Source: Candidatus Kaiserbacteria bacterium (lineage in GTDB: Bacteria; Patescibacteriota; Minisyncoccia; Phycocordibacterales; UBA2100). From it: a DNA stretch of 56,249 nt. The position numbers and the translations under genes were made by a program. The notes beneath the pieces were generated by a model. That model saw only the letters and a list, made by a program, of their open reading frames with translations. It ran no database searches and had not been told where the DNA came from. Positions 17,512 to 25,755 of this stretch are shown here, in pieces (positions within the stretch are counted from its first letter, which is position 1; each line of letters starts with the position of its first letter). The stretch lies in NCBI GenBank assembly GCA_016186695.1, contig JACPLC010000009.1, forward strand, positions 1 to 56,249, read 5' to 3'.

Positions 17512-17823
17512 ATGTCCATGAACGCACTTGAGGCCTACTATCGCGAACGAGCGAGAGCACCAGCTGCGGAATCGTATACCCGGGAGCTCCTCGACGGGGG
17601 GACGAAGAAGTGTGCGAAAAAGCTCGGGGAAGAGGTTGTGGAAGCGATCATCGCAGCCATGACGGAAAGCGGCGAACGGCTCGTCGCCGAACTCGCGGAT
17701 GTCGAGTACCACCTTGTCGTACTCCTCATGTCACGCGGTCTTACCTTTGCAATGGTTGAAGAAGAACTTCAGCGTCGTAGGGCAAAGTCTGGACTTGAAG
17801 AAAAAGCTTCACGGCAGTCGTGA
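17512..17823 (+). CDS. hisE: Phosphoribosyl-ATP pyrophosphohydrolase
   Basis: SYTRELLDGGTKKCAKKLGEEVVEAIIA...ELADVEYHLVVLL. GGAG Shine-Dalgarno upstream. Confidence 0.8.
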   Translation: MSMNALEAYYRERARAPAAESYTRELLDGGTKKCAKKLGEEVVEAIIAAMTESGERLVAELADVEYHLVVLLMSRGLTFAMVEEELQRRRAKSGLEEKASRQS

Positions 17824-17838
17824 AGCATGCGAACTATC

Positions 17839-17871
17839 AACAGGCGCGCCAATCACGCGCCTGTTTTCTTT
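17839..17871 (+). terminator. Rho-independent terminator after hisE
   Basis: aacaggcgcg-ccaatca-cgcgcctgtt followed by ttcttt. Confidence 0.75.
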
Positions 17872-17887
17872 AACACCTTATATGCTT

Positions 17888-17907
17888 ATTCGCGCGAATT
17901 AGAATAT
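17888..17907. repeat. Intergenic copy of the AATTCGCGCGAATTAGAATAT palindromic repeat
   Basis: The 20-mer attcgcgcgaattagaatat is identical to 48025-48044 inside uvrC. Confidence 0.7.
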
Positions 17908-17946
17908 GGTTATTAGCATCGTTGTGCACAGGTTTGTTGCAGAGGC

Positions 17947-17974
17947 TTGACAGGGGAGGAGAGGAAGGTAAAGT
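17947..17974 (+). promoter_or_regulatory. Promoter TTGACA-16-TAAAGT
   Basis: TTGACA at 17947-17952 and TAAAGT at 17969-17974. An ATG follows 6 nt downstream. Confidence 0.5.
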
Positions 17975-17980
17975 GCAGAT

Positions 17981-18043
17981 ATGAATCGGATTGCAAGCGC
18001 ATCGGCTTCCGCTCGACGAACAGTCTCTATTGAGGCTGTTTAG
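17981..18043 (+). CDS. Leaderless 20-codon micro-ORF (candidate leader peptide MNRIASASASARRTVSIEAV)
   Basis: The ATG is 6 nt after the -10 box, the same geometry as other genes here. Two terminator-like hairpins follow, upstream of the next gene. Confidence 0.35.
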   Translation: MNRIASASASARRTVSIEAV

Positions 18044-18073
18044 AGCGTTTGTAATACTCCACAAACTTTCCAA

Positions 18074-18143
18074 AACGGCCTCAAAGGGGCCGTTCTTCGT
18101 TTAGATGCAACCCGAAAGGCGCATCCGAGCGATGCGTTCTTTC
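18074..18143 (+). terminator. Two tandem terminator-like hairpins (attenuator candidate)
   Basis: aacggcc-tcaaagg-ggccgtt + cttcgttt (18074-18102). cgcatc-cgagc-gatgcg + ttctttc (18120-18143). Confidence 0.45.
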
Positions 18144-18160
18144 ACAACCGGAGGCAAGAA

Positions 18161-18718
18161 ATGCCCAAGCCAACTGCGCTTATCAAGTGTTCCAGTCGTC
18201 TCCTCGGACGCGACGACGTAACCGCCCGTGTCCACGAAATCGAGAAAACGTACGCGTTGCGTTTTGTCACCGGCGGTGGCGAACAGATCAGTGCCGCGTT
18301 TGCCGAGCGTGGGTGGGAGAACGTCTTTGGTCCGTTCGGTCGGATCTGCAAGGATTTCGACCAGCGGCTTGCCGCCGAAAACGTGCTGAAGAAAAATGTC
18401 GTCGAATTCGAGGATCAGCTTGAAGCAAGCCGGATCTTTGCGACGATGGTCGTTCCCGTCCTCGACAAAGAGATAGGCGGCGTGACCTGTCACGTCAACG
18501 GCGATTTCCACCCGATCAACGGATACAACGGCTACGCCCGGATCTTCGTTTTCACGTTTGATGACGATGTCGCGCGTAAGCGCTGGTTCTACCGCGCGAT
18601 GTGGCAAGTCTGTCGTATCCATCTCGAACAGCGCTCGATGCAGGAAACCATAACTTTCAATCCCGATGACTACCCCGAGAAGATCGAAGTTGTCGGATTT
18701 CCGGAAAGTTCCCCATGA
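18161..18718 (+). CDS. Hypothetical protein, short amino-acid-kinase-like
   Basis: LIKCSSRLL and FVTGGGEQISAAF resemble the N-terminal motifs of the amino-acid kinase fold. GGAGG Shine-Dalgarno 6 nt upstream. Confidence 0.5.
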   Translation: MPKPTALIKCSSRLLGRDDVTARVHEIEKTYALRFVTGGGEQISAAFAERGWENVFGPFGRICKDFDQRLAAENVLKKNVVEFEDQLEASRIFATMVVPVLDKEIGGVTCHVNGDFHPINGYNGYARIFVFTFDDDVARKRWFYRAMWQVCRIHLEQRSMQETITFNPDDYPEKIEVVGFPESSP

Positions 18719-18733
18719 AGAGAGGAAACAAGC

Positions 18734-19246
18734 ATGGAACTTGATTGGGATGCCCTTGCGGCGGAAATGCTAGCCACCGGGGAATTCCACCCCGATGGCC
18801 TCAATGCGATCACGCTCAAGCGAGACTACGAGAAAGGTTATGGGGCGATCCGTACGGAAGGTTCGAGGATCATCGCGTACGCTAGTGTTGAGGATCGAAC
18901 GTTCGATCCTCATTACCCGACCTATGAGATCCGCCGCGTGTTTGTCGCGAAGGATAAAAACGGAAGCAAAACAGCGGAAGAGCTCATCGCTGAGCTGATC
19001 AAGCGGTTCACCCCACCGGAAGAAGAACTTCCGCGTAGGGTTCCGACGTTCTTCCTCATCAGCAAGAACCCGGCGATCTGGCACATCGCGATGTCGCTTG
19101 GCTTTCGCGCGGTGACGAAGTTCCGCATGCCGAATGTTCGCGAATGGGCGAAGCGTGCGGGCCTCGGAAAGCGGCTGCCTCGAAGCGCAACGGCTCGCGA
19201 TCCGCATCACTCAAACAGACGGAAGCGCTGGCTCTACATGCGCTGA
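18734..19246 (+). CDS. Hypothetical protein, weakly GNAT acetyltransferase-like
   Basis: EIRRVFVAKDKNGSKTAEELIAELIKR resembles GNAT motif A. Basic C-terminal tail. Confidence 0.4.
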   Translation: MELDWDALAAEMLATGEFHPDGLNAITLKRDYEKGYGAIRTEGSRIIAYASVEDRTFDPHYPTYEIRRVFVAKDKNGSKTAEELIAELIKRFTPPEEELPRRVPTFFLISKNPAIWHIAMSLGFRAVTKFRMPNVREWAKRAGLGKRLPRSATARDPHHSNRRKRWLYMR

Positions 19247-19364
19247 CAGTAAAGGCGCACGCGCATGATTCTGGGTGTGTTCATGACGGGTGTTACTACT
19301 GTGGTTAATATCGTAGCTCCGCTGACGCGGATGCTACTGGCGCGCCCATGCAGGAGCGAAGAAG

Positions 19365-19402
19365 GGCGCACACGGATGACTCCGTGTGCGCCTGAATCTT
19401 TT
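19365..19402 (+). terminator. Rho-independent terminator
   Basis: ggcgcacacgg-atgact-ccgtgtgcgcc followed by tgaatctttt. Confidence 0.7.
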
Positions 19403-19416
19403 ATATACTGGAGCGC

Positions 19417-19728
19417 ATGTATAAGGTTGTGGTGTATGTGCCGGTTGAGAATGCCGACATGCTCCGGAAGGCAATTGGCGATGCAGGAGGCGGGAAGATC
19501 GGCGCGTACTCGCATTGCAGCTTCTCCTCACGCGGCACTGGTCGGTTCACACCGATGAGAGATGCAAATCCGGCGATAGGGAAAATAGGGGAGCCGCAGG
19601 AGGTGGAGGAGGAGCGTATCGAATTTGTGTGCGAGACGCACTGCATTGATGAAGTCATCATTGCTATCCGCAAAGCACATCCCTATGAGGAACCCGCGAT
19701 CGAAGTGTGGAAGGTTGAAATGCGCTGA
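19417..19728 (+). CDS. NIF3/YbgI insert-domain-like (COG3323-like) small protein
   Basis: MYKVVVYVP...A..L..A...AG.G.IG.YSHCSF...G.G.F.P...A.P.IG...E...VEE.R.E pattern. Confidence 0.5.
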   Translation: MYKVVVYVPVENADMLRKAIGDAGGGKIGAYSHCSFSSRGTGRFTPMRDANPAIGKIGEPQEVEEERIEFVCETHCIDEVIIAIRKAHPYEEPAIEVWKVEMR

Positions 19729-19748
19729 AAAAAGCTGTATCATGCGAC

Positions 19749-21218
19749 ATGATAAACCTTGGAGAAAAATGCGCAGTCTTCGGGGTCTTTGGGAAAGGGC
19801 TTGATGTCGCCCGCCTCTCCTTCTTCGGTCTCTTCGCGCTCCAGCACCGCGGGCAGGAAAGCTCCGGCATCGCTACCTCAAACGGCGACACACTCACCAT
19901 GCACAAGGGCATGGGTCTCGTCTCGCAGATTTTTAACGACGACATTTTGAAGGGTCTGAAAGGCCACATTGCAGTGGGGCACAACCGCTATTCGACGACC
20001 GGCGGCTCGAAGGTAAAACATGCGCAGCCAATGCTCGCGGCCGGTTCCTCGAAAGTTCAGAAAGTAGTGTACGAAGATCCGAATCCGAGTCTCAATGAGT
20101 CTGTTGCGCTTGCTTCGGGACCGGATGATGGCGCAATCGCGCTCGTACACAACGGCAATCTGCCGAGCACAAAAGACCTTGAGAACTTCTTGCGCGGAAA
20201 GGGTATCGACCCCGCGGAATTTTCCGATTCGCGTATGATGGTGGAGGCTATCGCGGCGCGCATGCGCGAAGGCGCAGATCTGCCGACGGCTATCAAAGAC
20301 GTTTTACCGCTCTTTACCGGCGCGTTTTCTATCCTCGTCATGTCGCAGGACAAACTCATCGCGGTGCGCGATCAGTGCGGCATCCGGCCACTCGCGCTCG
20401 CGCGCCTCAACGGCGGCTACGTCGTCGCTTCTGAAACCTGCGCCTTCGCGCCGATCGGCGCAAAGTTCGAACGGGAGATCAATGCGGGCGAGATGGTTAT
20501 TATCGACGGAGACGGAATACACAGCGAGCAGGTGCTTACGCCGAATCCCAAGCTCGATATTTTTGAATTCGTCTATTTCGCGCGCCCCGACAGCGAACTT
20601 CTCGTCAAATCAGTCTACGAAATGCGAAAAGAGTGCGGCGTACAGCTCGCAAAAGAATATCCGATCGAGGCTGATGTGGTTATTCCTGTTCCCGAAACAG
20701 CAATTCCCGCAGGTATCGGATACTCGCGATCGACAGGCATTCCCATGGAGGCGGGCCTCACAAAAAACCGCTACATTCACCGGACGTTTATCACGCCTGA
20801 ACAGCACGTGCGTGAGCAGGGAGTAAAGGCCAAGCTCACGCCCATTCCTGAAGTTATCCGGGGGAAGCGTGTCGTAGTCATGGACGACTCGATCGTGCGC
20901 GGCACGACTTCGCGGCAGATAGTCGCGATGCTTTTTGAGGCAGGTGCGAAAGAAGTCCATTTTCTCGTTTCTTCGCCCCCCGTCAAGTTTCCCGACTTCT
21001 ACGGTATCGACACGCCCAAGCAAACCGAGCTCATCGCAGCGACCAAGTCGGTCGAGCAGATCCGGCAATATCTCGGCGCAACATCCCTCCGTTTTCTCTC
21101 CTACAATGGCATGATAAAGGCGACAGGAATTTCGGATGAGCAATTCTCCACCTCGGCATTTACCGGCATCTATCCCATCGACATCCGCGAGCGAGCGAAA
21201 GAGATCCGCTACCAGTGA
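19749..21218 (+). CDS. purF: Amidophosphoribosyltransferase
   Basis: Propeptide followed by CAVFGVFG (Ntn Cys), GHNRYSTTG, PRTase motif VVVMDDSIVRGTTS. Confidence 0.9.
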   Translation: MINLGEKCAVFGVFGKGLDVARLSFFGLFALQHRGQESSGIATSNGDTLTMHKGMGLVSQIFNDDILKGLKGHIAVGHNRYSTTGGSKVKHAQPMLAAGSSKVQKVVYEDPNPSLNESVALASGPDDGAIALVHNGNLPSTKDLENFLRGKGIDPAEFSDSRMMVEAIAARMREGADLPTAIKDVLPLFTGAFSILVMSQDKLIAVRDQCGIRPLALARLNGGYVVASETCAFAPIGAKFEREINAGEMVIIDGDGIHSEQVLTPNPKLDIFEFVYFARPDSELLVKSVYEMRKECGVQLAKEYPIEADVVIPVPETAIPAGIGYSRSTGIPMEAGLTKNRYIHRTFITPEQHVREQGVKAKLTPIPEVIRGKRVVVMDDSIVRGTTSRQIVAMLFEAGAKEVHFLVSSPPVKFPDFYGIDTPKQTELIAATKSVEQIRQYLGATSLRFLSYNGMIKATGISDEQFSTSAFTGIYPIDIRERAKEIRYQ

Positions 21219-21295
21219 CGAAGGGAGAGGGACTCTAATCGAATTGACCCGACTCTGGCCTTTTCTCGCCTTTGTGGTCTAACGTGTACAACTCC

Positions 21296-21323
21296 TTGAC
21301 CTCCATCCACCCATCCCTATACT
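21296..21323 (+). promoter_or_regulatory. Promoter TTGACC-16-TATACT, 7 nt before the ATG
   Basis: TTGACC at 21296-21301, TATACT at 21318-21323, ATG at 21331. No Shine-Dalgarno. Confidence 0.55.
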
Positions 21324-21330
21324 TTACTTT

Positions 21331-21660
21331 ATGGTTAAGTATCGGGATGGGGAGAAAATGCTTAATGCGCTTGGGTTACCTCTACGTCGGAGCATGGTGC
21401 GCCGCCTGCGGCTTCTAGGCGCGATGTCGCTTTCGAAGCTCGCTACGCCCTACAAACTCACGCTTCCGGCCGCGCTGAAGCATCTTCGGATCCTCGAAAG
21501 TTCTGGCATCGTCAAATCACATAAGCACGGTCGCGTGCGCGTGTGTGTATACAACCCTTCTGCCCTCAAGGAGCTCGGTGGCTGGCTCGCGTCCCAGAGC
21601 GCGTTCTGGGACTCCAGCTTCGATCGTCTGGAGGGGCTTATGAGTAAGAAAAAGAAATAA
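21331..21660 (+). CDS. ArsR/SmtB-family transcriptional regulator
   Basis: Winged HTH: MSLSKLATPYKLTLPAALKHLRILESSGIVKSHKHGRV. Confidence 0.8.
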   Translation: MVKYRDGEKMLNALGLPLRRSMVRRLRLLGAMSLSKLATPYKLTLPAALKHLRILESSGIVKSHKHGRVRVCVYNPSALKELGGWLASQSAFWDSSFDRLEGLMSKKKK

Positions 21661-21665
21661 TACGT

Positions 21666-22097
21666 ATGGCAGATGTAGTACTAATCATCACCCGCACCCT
21701 CGATGCGAAACCCGAGGACGTGTTCAAAGCGTGGACCGATCCGAAACAGGTTGCAGAGTGGTATGGGCCGGAAGGTTTTGCGAATGAGGTTCACGAGTTC
21801 GACGCGCGCGAAGGTGGCGCGTACCGCCTCACGATGAAAGGCCCGAATGGCGAGGCACATCTCCTTCGCGGTGTTTTTAAGACGCTCCGACCACCAACAA
21901 AGCTCGTTGTTACGTGGCAATGGCAAAACGGCGACACGTGGGGCTCGGAAACGCTTGTCACGGTGGATTTCAAGCCGGTCGGCGACAAAACGGAGATGAC
22001 TATGACACACAGCGGATTTGCCGACGAGAAGCAAAAGGAGATGCACAACCAAGGCTGGACCTCGAGTTTCAACAAGCTCGCGAAGCTGTTCGCCTAG
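21666..22097 (+). CDS. SRPBCC/AHSA1-domain protein
   Basis: VFKAWTDPKQVAEWYGPEGF...THSGF. Typical partner of ArsR-family genes. Confidence 0.8.
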   Translation: MADVVLIITRTLDAKPEDVFKAWTDPKQVAEWYGPEGFANEVHEFDAREGGAYRLTMKGPNGEAHLLRGVFKTLRPPTKLVVTWQWQNGDTWGSETLVTVDFKPVGDKTEMTMTHSGFADEKQKEMHNQGWTSSFNKLAKLFA

Positions 22098-22398
22098 TTT
22101 GTCATCGACATCCACGAGTGAGCGAAAGGGATCAGATATTAAGTTTGTTTTTTTGCCATAGCTATGTATATTGCCGCGGGCGCTTAGACGCCTCGAAAGG
22201 AGGTGGTGTGAAGTCACACCGTTATGTGTCTCAAGCCGCTCACAAGTGCGAGATATCCTTAATATCCAACTCCGTTACGGAAAACAGGTGGATATCGGAC
22301 GGCTTTGTGGGGTCGGCAGGCGGCGGCGTAAACAGCGATGTTTACGCCTCCGCCCAATTTTTCTCGACAAATACAAGTTCTTTCTGTAGTCTAGGCCA

Positions 22399-23637
22399 AT
22401 GTCATACACACCAAGCGATACGATTCTTAAGAGGTATGCCAACGTGCTCATAAATTTTGCGCTTGGTGGCGGGAAGGGGATAAAGAAAGGTGATGTCGTG
22501 CGCGTCTCAGCGAGCGAATCGACCAAGCCGCTTTTTATGGCAGTTTGCAATGCTGTTATTGATGCGGGCGGACACGTGCTCTCCCACTACGGCCCCGACG
22601 ACGAGAAAGGTGACAAACGGCGAAACATCAGCGTCTCGCGCTATTTCTATGAGCACGCCAAACCCCATCAGATAAGTTTCTTTCCAAAAAAGTATCTGAA
22701 AGGGCTCGTCGAACAAATGGACCACTCCGTCTTCCTTCTCGCGGAGAAAGATCCGCACGCGCTTAAGGGAATTGAACCGAAAAAAATCATGGCGCGGGGT
22801 GTGGCGCTGAAACCCTTCATGGACTGGCGGCACAAGAAAGAATGGGCCGGCAAATTCACGTGGACCATCGCTCTCTACGGCACAGCCGCGATGGCACGCG
22901 AGGCAGGGCTTTCGGAAAAAGCGTACTGGAATCAGATAATCAAAGCATGTTTTCTCGATGAGAAAAATCCAATCGCGAAGTGGAAGGCGGTGTATCGCGA
23001 TATCGAGAAGTATCGCTCGCGGCTCAACAAGCTCTCGCCGAAAATAGACAAACTGCACGCGAAGGGTCCTGATATGGATATCTGGTACACGCTCGGAGAA
23101 AAGCGCGCATGGCACGCCGGATCGGGCCGCAACATCCCGAGCTTCGAGATTTTTACCTCGCCGGATTGGCGCGGCACCAACGGGTGGATTCGCATCAACC
23201 AGCCGCTTTACCGGTATAGCAACAAAATTACCGGCATAGAGCTTGTGTTCAAAAACGGCCGAGTCGTCAAATCGAAAGCGAAGACCAACGAGAAGCTCCT
23301 GAAGCAGATGATTGCGACGAAAGGTGCGGATAAGATAGGCGAGTATTCGCTCACCGACAAACGCCATTCGCGCATCACGAAATTCATGGCCGAAACGCTT
23401 TTCGACGAGAACATCGGCGGACCCTACGGCAATTCCCACATCGCGCTCGGGATGAGCTACCGTGACACCTACGCCGGCGATGTTTCGAAACTGACAGACA
23501 AAGAAGCGAAGCGTCTCGGCTTCAACGACTCCTCGGTGCACACCGACGTCATCTCCACCACCCGTCGCACGGTGACTGCGCATCTCAAAAACGGCTCGAA
23601 AAAAGTAATCTACAAAGACGGTCGCTTCGTGCTGTAG
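22399..23637 (+). CDS. Aminopeptidase, peptidase family M29 (AmpS/PepS-like)
   Basis: LKRYANVLINFALGGGKGIKKGDVV, NIPSFEIFTSP, GNSHIALG, VHTDV. Confidence 0.85.
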   Translation: MSYTPSDTILKRYANVLINFALGGGKGIKKGDVVRVSASESTKPLFMAVCNAVIDAGGHVLSHYGPDDEKGDKRRNISVSRYFYEHAKPHQISFFPKKYLKGLVEQMDHSVFLLAEKDPHALKGIEPKKIMARGVALKPFMDWRHKKEWAGKFTWTIALYGTAAMAREAGLSEKAYWNQIIKACFLDEKNPIAKWKAVYRDIEKYRSRLNKLSPKIDKLHAKGPDMDIWYTLGEKRAWHAGSGRNIPSFEIFTSPDWRGTNGWIRINQPLYRYSNKITGIELVFKNGRVVKSKAKTNEKLLKQMIATKGADKIGEYSLTDKRHSRITKFMAETLFDENIGGPYGNSHIALGMSYRDTYAGDVSKLTDKEAKRLGFNDSSVHTDVISTTRRTVTAHLKNGSKKVIYKDGRFVL

Positions 23638-23646
23638 AATGGCCGG

Positions 23647-24300
23647 ATGAAAACCGTCTACTTTGTCCGGCACGGGGAAGCAGAGGTTAATGTCAGTAGC
23701 ACATTTGGAGCCGAGGATACACCTCTTACAGATAAGGGCAGGGAACAAGCGCGATCTGTGGCAGAACGATGCGCAAAATTGCCGATAGATGTCATCATCG
23801 CAAGCACCATGGAGCGGGCTCAAGAAACAGCGTCGATTGTTTCGAGGCGAATCGAATTACCTACTGAGGCTGTCGAGCTTTTCGAAGAGCGACATCGACC
23901 GAGCGTACTCTATGGAAAAGAGCGCGATAATGTCGAAGCGAATCGTATATATCTTCAGTGGATCGATGCATTCTTTACATCAGGCAATCGTGTCGAGGAT
24001 GGGGATAATTTCTTGAGCCTTAAGGAGCGGGCTGGCAAAGCGCTCTCGTATCTTCAAGAGCGCCCCGAAGCAAATATCCTTGTGGTGACGCATGGGTTCT
24101 TTCTGAGAACAATTCTTGCGCGGATTATTTTTGGAGAGACGCTTTCGCCGCAGGAACTCTATATGGTGATGCGCACGTTCCATATATCAAATACTGGCAT
24201 TACGATGGCGACCTTCGATCCTGCACAGGAAAGTGAAAGACCATACCCTCGCGGGCCGTGGCGAGTTCTGACCTGGAATGATCAGGCACATCTCGGATAA
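23647..24300 (+). CDS. Histidine phosphatase family (phosphoglycerate mutase-like) protein
   Basis: VYFVRHGEAEVN (RHG motif), ...TMERAQETA, VVTHG. Confidence 0.8.
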   Translation: MKTVYFVRHGEAEVNVSSTFGAEDTPLTDKGREQARSVAERCAKLPIDVIIASTMERAQETASIVSRRIELPTEAVELFEERHRPSVLYGKERDNVEANRIYLQWIDAFFTSGNRVEDGDNFLSLKERAGKALSYLQERPEANILVVTHGFFLRTILARIIFGETLSPQELYMVMRTFHISNTGITMATFDPAQESERPYPRGPWRVLTWNDQAHLG

Positions 24301-24470
24301 GGCAAAAGGCAAAGGTCAAAAGGGAAAAGTGAAATCTATCGGCCCCCCCTTTTTTTTGAAAGAAGGCCGCTTTAGAGCCGTCTTAAGGTATTGAGAGCCT
24401 CAAAACAAGGGTTTTGAGCTCGTTTATAGGTCGAATTCATTGATCACATTACAAACAAAAAATTGAAAGT

Positions 24471-25109
24471 ATGCAAAAAAGTAGCGAATTACCTTCCCGC
24501 CGGACTATCTACGCGATCGCAGGAATAATCGTCGTGCTCGCGATAGGACTCGCGGCGGTGACACATGCTGATGAGCGGGGGAATAGGCCGGAGAGGCCCG
24601 AAAGACCGGAGCGGCCGGAACACCCCTTGAGTGGTTTTGTGAACATCGCGGCGAGGCTCAATCTTCTGTCGGACCTAAAGATAGTTGTCAATAATGACAA
24701 CAGCGTCAATGTTCACGGCGCGACGGTAACGGCAACCTCGACAAGCGGCTTTACGGCCACCGCAGTTACGCCGCCTCTCACGTTCATCGTGCAGACGGAT
24801 GCGTCTACGAAGTTCAACTTCAAAGGCTTCGGCAATGGCTCGCTTGCGAACATTGTCGTTGGCGACACCGTAAACTTCCGCGGCACCGCGCTCTCAGGCA
24901 CGACGACCTCGACGTGGACGGTGAAGGCGACGCATGTGGAAGACAAGACACATCGCGTGAAGCCTCCGAAACCGCCAAAGCCGTTCTCAACGACCACTGC
25001 GCATGTGAGATCGACGACGACGGCACAGTTCCAGATCGACACTCTCACGAAGGTGATCGAACGGCTGCAGGCTATTATCGCGGAGCTCAAGCTTCGCTTC
25101 AGCTTGTAA
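24471..25109 (+). CDS. Hypothetical secreted/membrane-anchored protein with RPERPERPE repeat
   Basis: N-terminal TM/signal anchor, RPERPERPERPEHP repeat, Thr-rich beta-type domain, KPPKPPKP. Confidence 0.5.
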   Translation: MQKSSELPSRRTIYAIAGIIVVLAIGLAAVTHADERGNRPERPERPERPEHPLSGFVNIAARLNLLSDLKIVVNNDNSVNVHGATVTATSTSGFTATAVTPPLTFIVQTDASTKFNFKGFGNGSLANIVVGDTVNFRGTALSGTTTSTWTVKATHVEDKTHRVKPPKPPKPFSTTTAHVRSTTTAQFQIDTLTKVIERLQAIIAELKLRFSL

Positions 25110-25146
25110 CTTATAACGCCTCTCGCGGGTAGTTGGTTTTGTCATG

Positions 25147-25184
25147 GGCGCGACCCCCAAAAATAAAGGGGGTCGCGCCTTTAT
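25147..25184 (+). terminator. Rho-independent terminator
   Basis: ggcgcgaccccc-aaaaataaa-gggggtcgcgcc followed by tttat. Confidence 0.75.
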
Positions 25185-25236
25185 GCACAACTCGTCCGGT
25201 TCACCGTAAACACGCATGTGTTACACTCATGCTCCC

Positions 25237-25755
25237 ATGAATGGCGCATTCAAATTTATTATCGGCTGGACAGCGGTATTTCTCTTCCGCCTGATCCCCT
25301 TCAGGCCGCCGAATTTCGAGCCGATGCTTGCGACCGTTATGCCGTTCTCAAAGCGCTACGGCCTCGCGGGCAGCTTTCTCTTTGGATTCCTGGGTATCGT
25401 TCTCTACGATGCGGTGACGAGCGGGTGGGGGAGCTGGACATGGGTGACGGCCGTTTGTTATGGATTGCTCGGCGTTGGCGCACACTACTTTTTCAAAAAT
25501 CGTGCCGCGAGCGTGAAGAATTTTCTCGTGTTTGGTGTTCCTGCCACCGTCGCCTATGACGCCGTGACGATGCTCATCGGTCCAGTTTTCAACAATCAAT
25601 CGCTGGCCGCTGCACTTTTGGGTCAAATTCCCTTTACGCTTATGCACGTTTTGGGGACAATCGTCTTTGCAACACTCCTTTCTCCTGCACTCTACCGCTG
25701 GGTCATCCAAAACGAATCACTCGAATTTTCTCTCTCATCGCTCAAGCGTGCATAA
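25237..25755 (+). CDS. Hypothetical multi-pass membrane protein (ECF S-component/DUF6580-like)
   Basis: FRLIPFRPPNFEPMLA motif and 5-6 TM helices. The family assignment is tentative. Confidence 0.45.
   Translation: MNGAFKFIIGWTAVFLFRLIPFRPPNFEPMLATVMPFSKRYGLAGSFLFGFLGIVLYDAVTSGWGSWTWVTAVCYGLLGVGAHYFFKNRAASVKNFLVFGVPATVAYDAVTMLIGPVFNNQSLAAALLGQIPFTLMHVLGTIVFATLLSPALYRWVIQNESLEFSLSSLKRA

Noticed and set aside
21914-22453. 179-aa ORF spanning the SRPBCC gene end, the 300-nt spacer and the aminopeptidase start.
   Set aside because: It overlaps two well-supported genes in other frames, and its sequence is low-complexity and not protein-like.
22507-23823. Very long antisense ORFs: 22507-23823(-) 438 aa, 35511-36953(-) 480 aa, 5892-6911(-) 339 aa, 10506-11483(-) 325 aa, 12327-13259(-) 310 aa, 4694-5620(-) 308 aa.
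   Set aside because: Each lies opposite a gene with unmistakable family motifs (pepS-like, uvrB, asd, and so on). Their translations are Arg/His/Pro-rich and low-complexity, as expected for stop-poor antisense frames in GC-rich DNA.
24586-24622. Tandem 9-bp repeats (ccggagagg/cccgaaaga/ccggagcgg) that might have been a micro-array or CRISPR-like.
   Set aside because: They are in frame inside a CDS, encoding RPERPERPERPE. They are far too short and lack spacers, so this is an ordinary peptide repeat.
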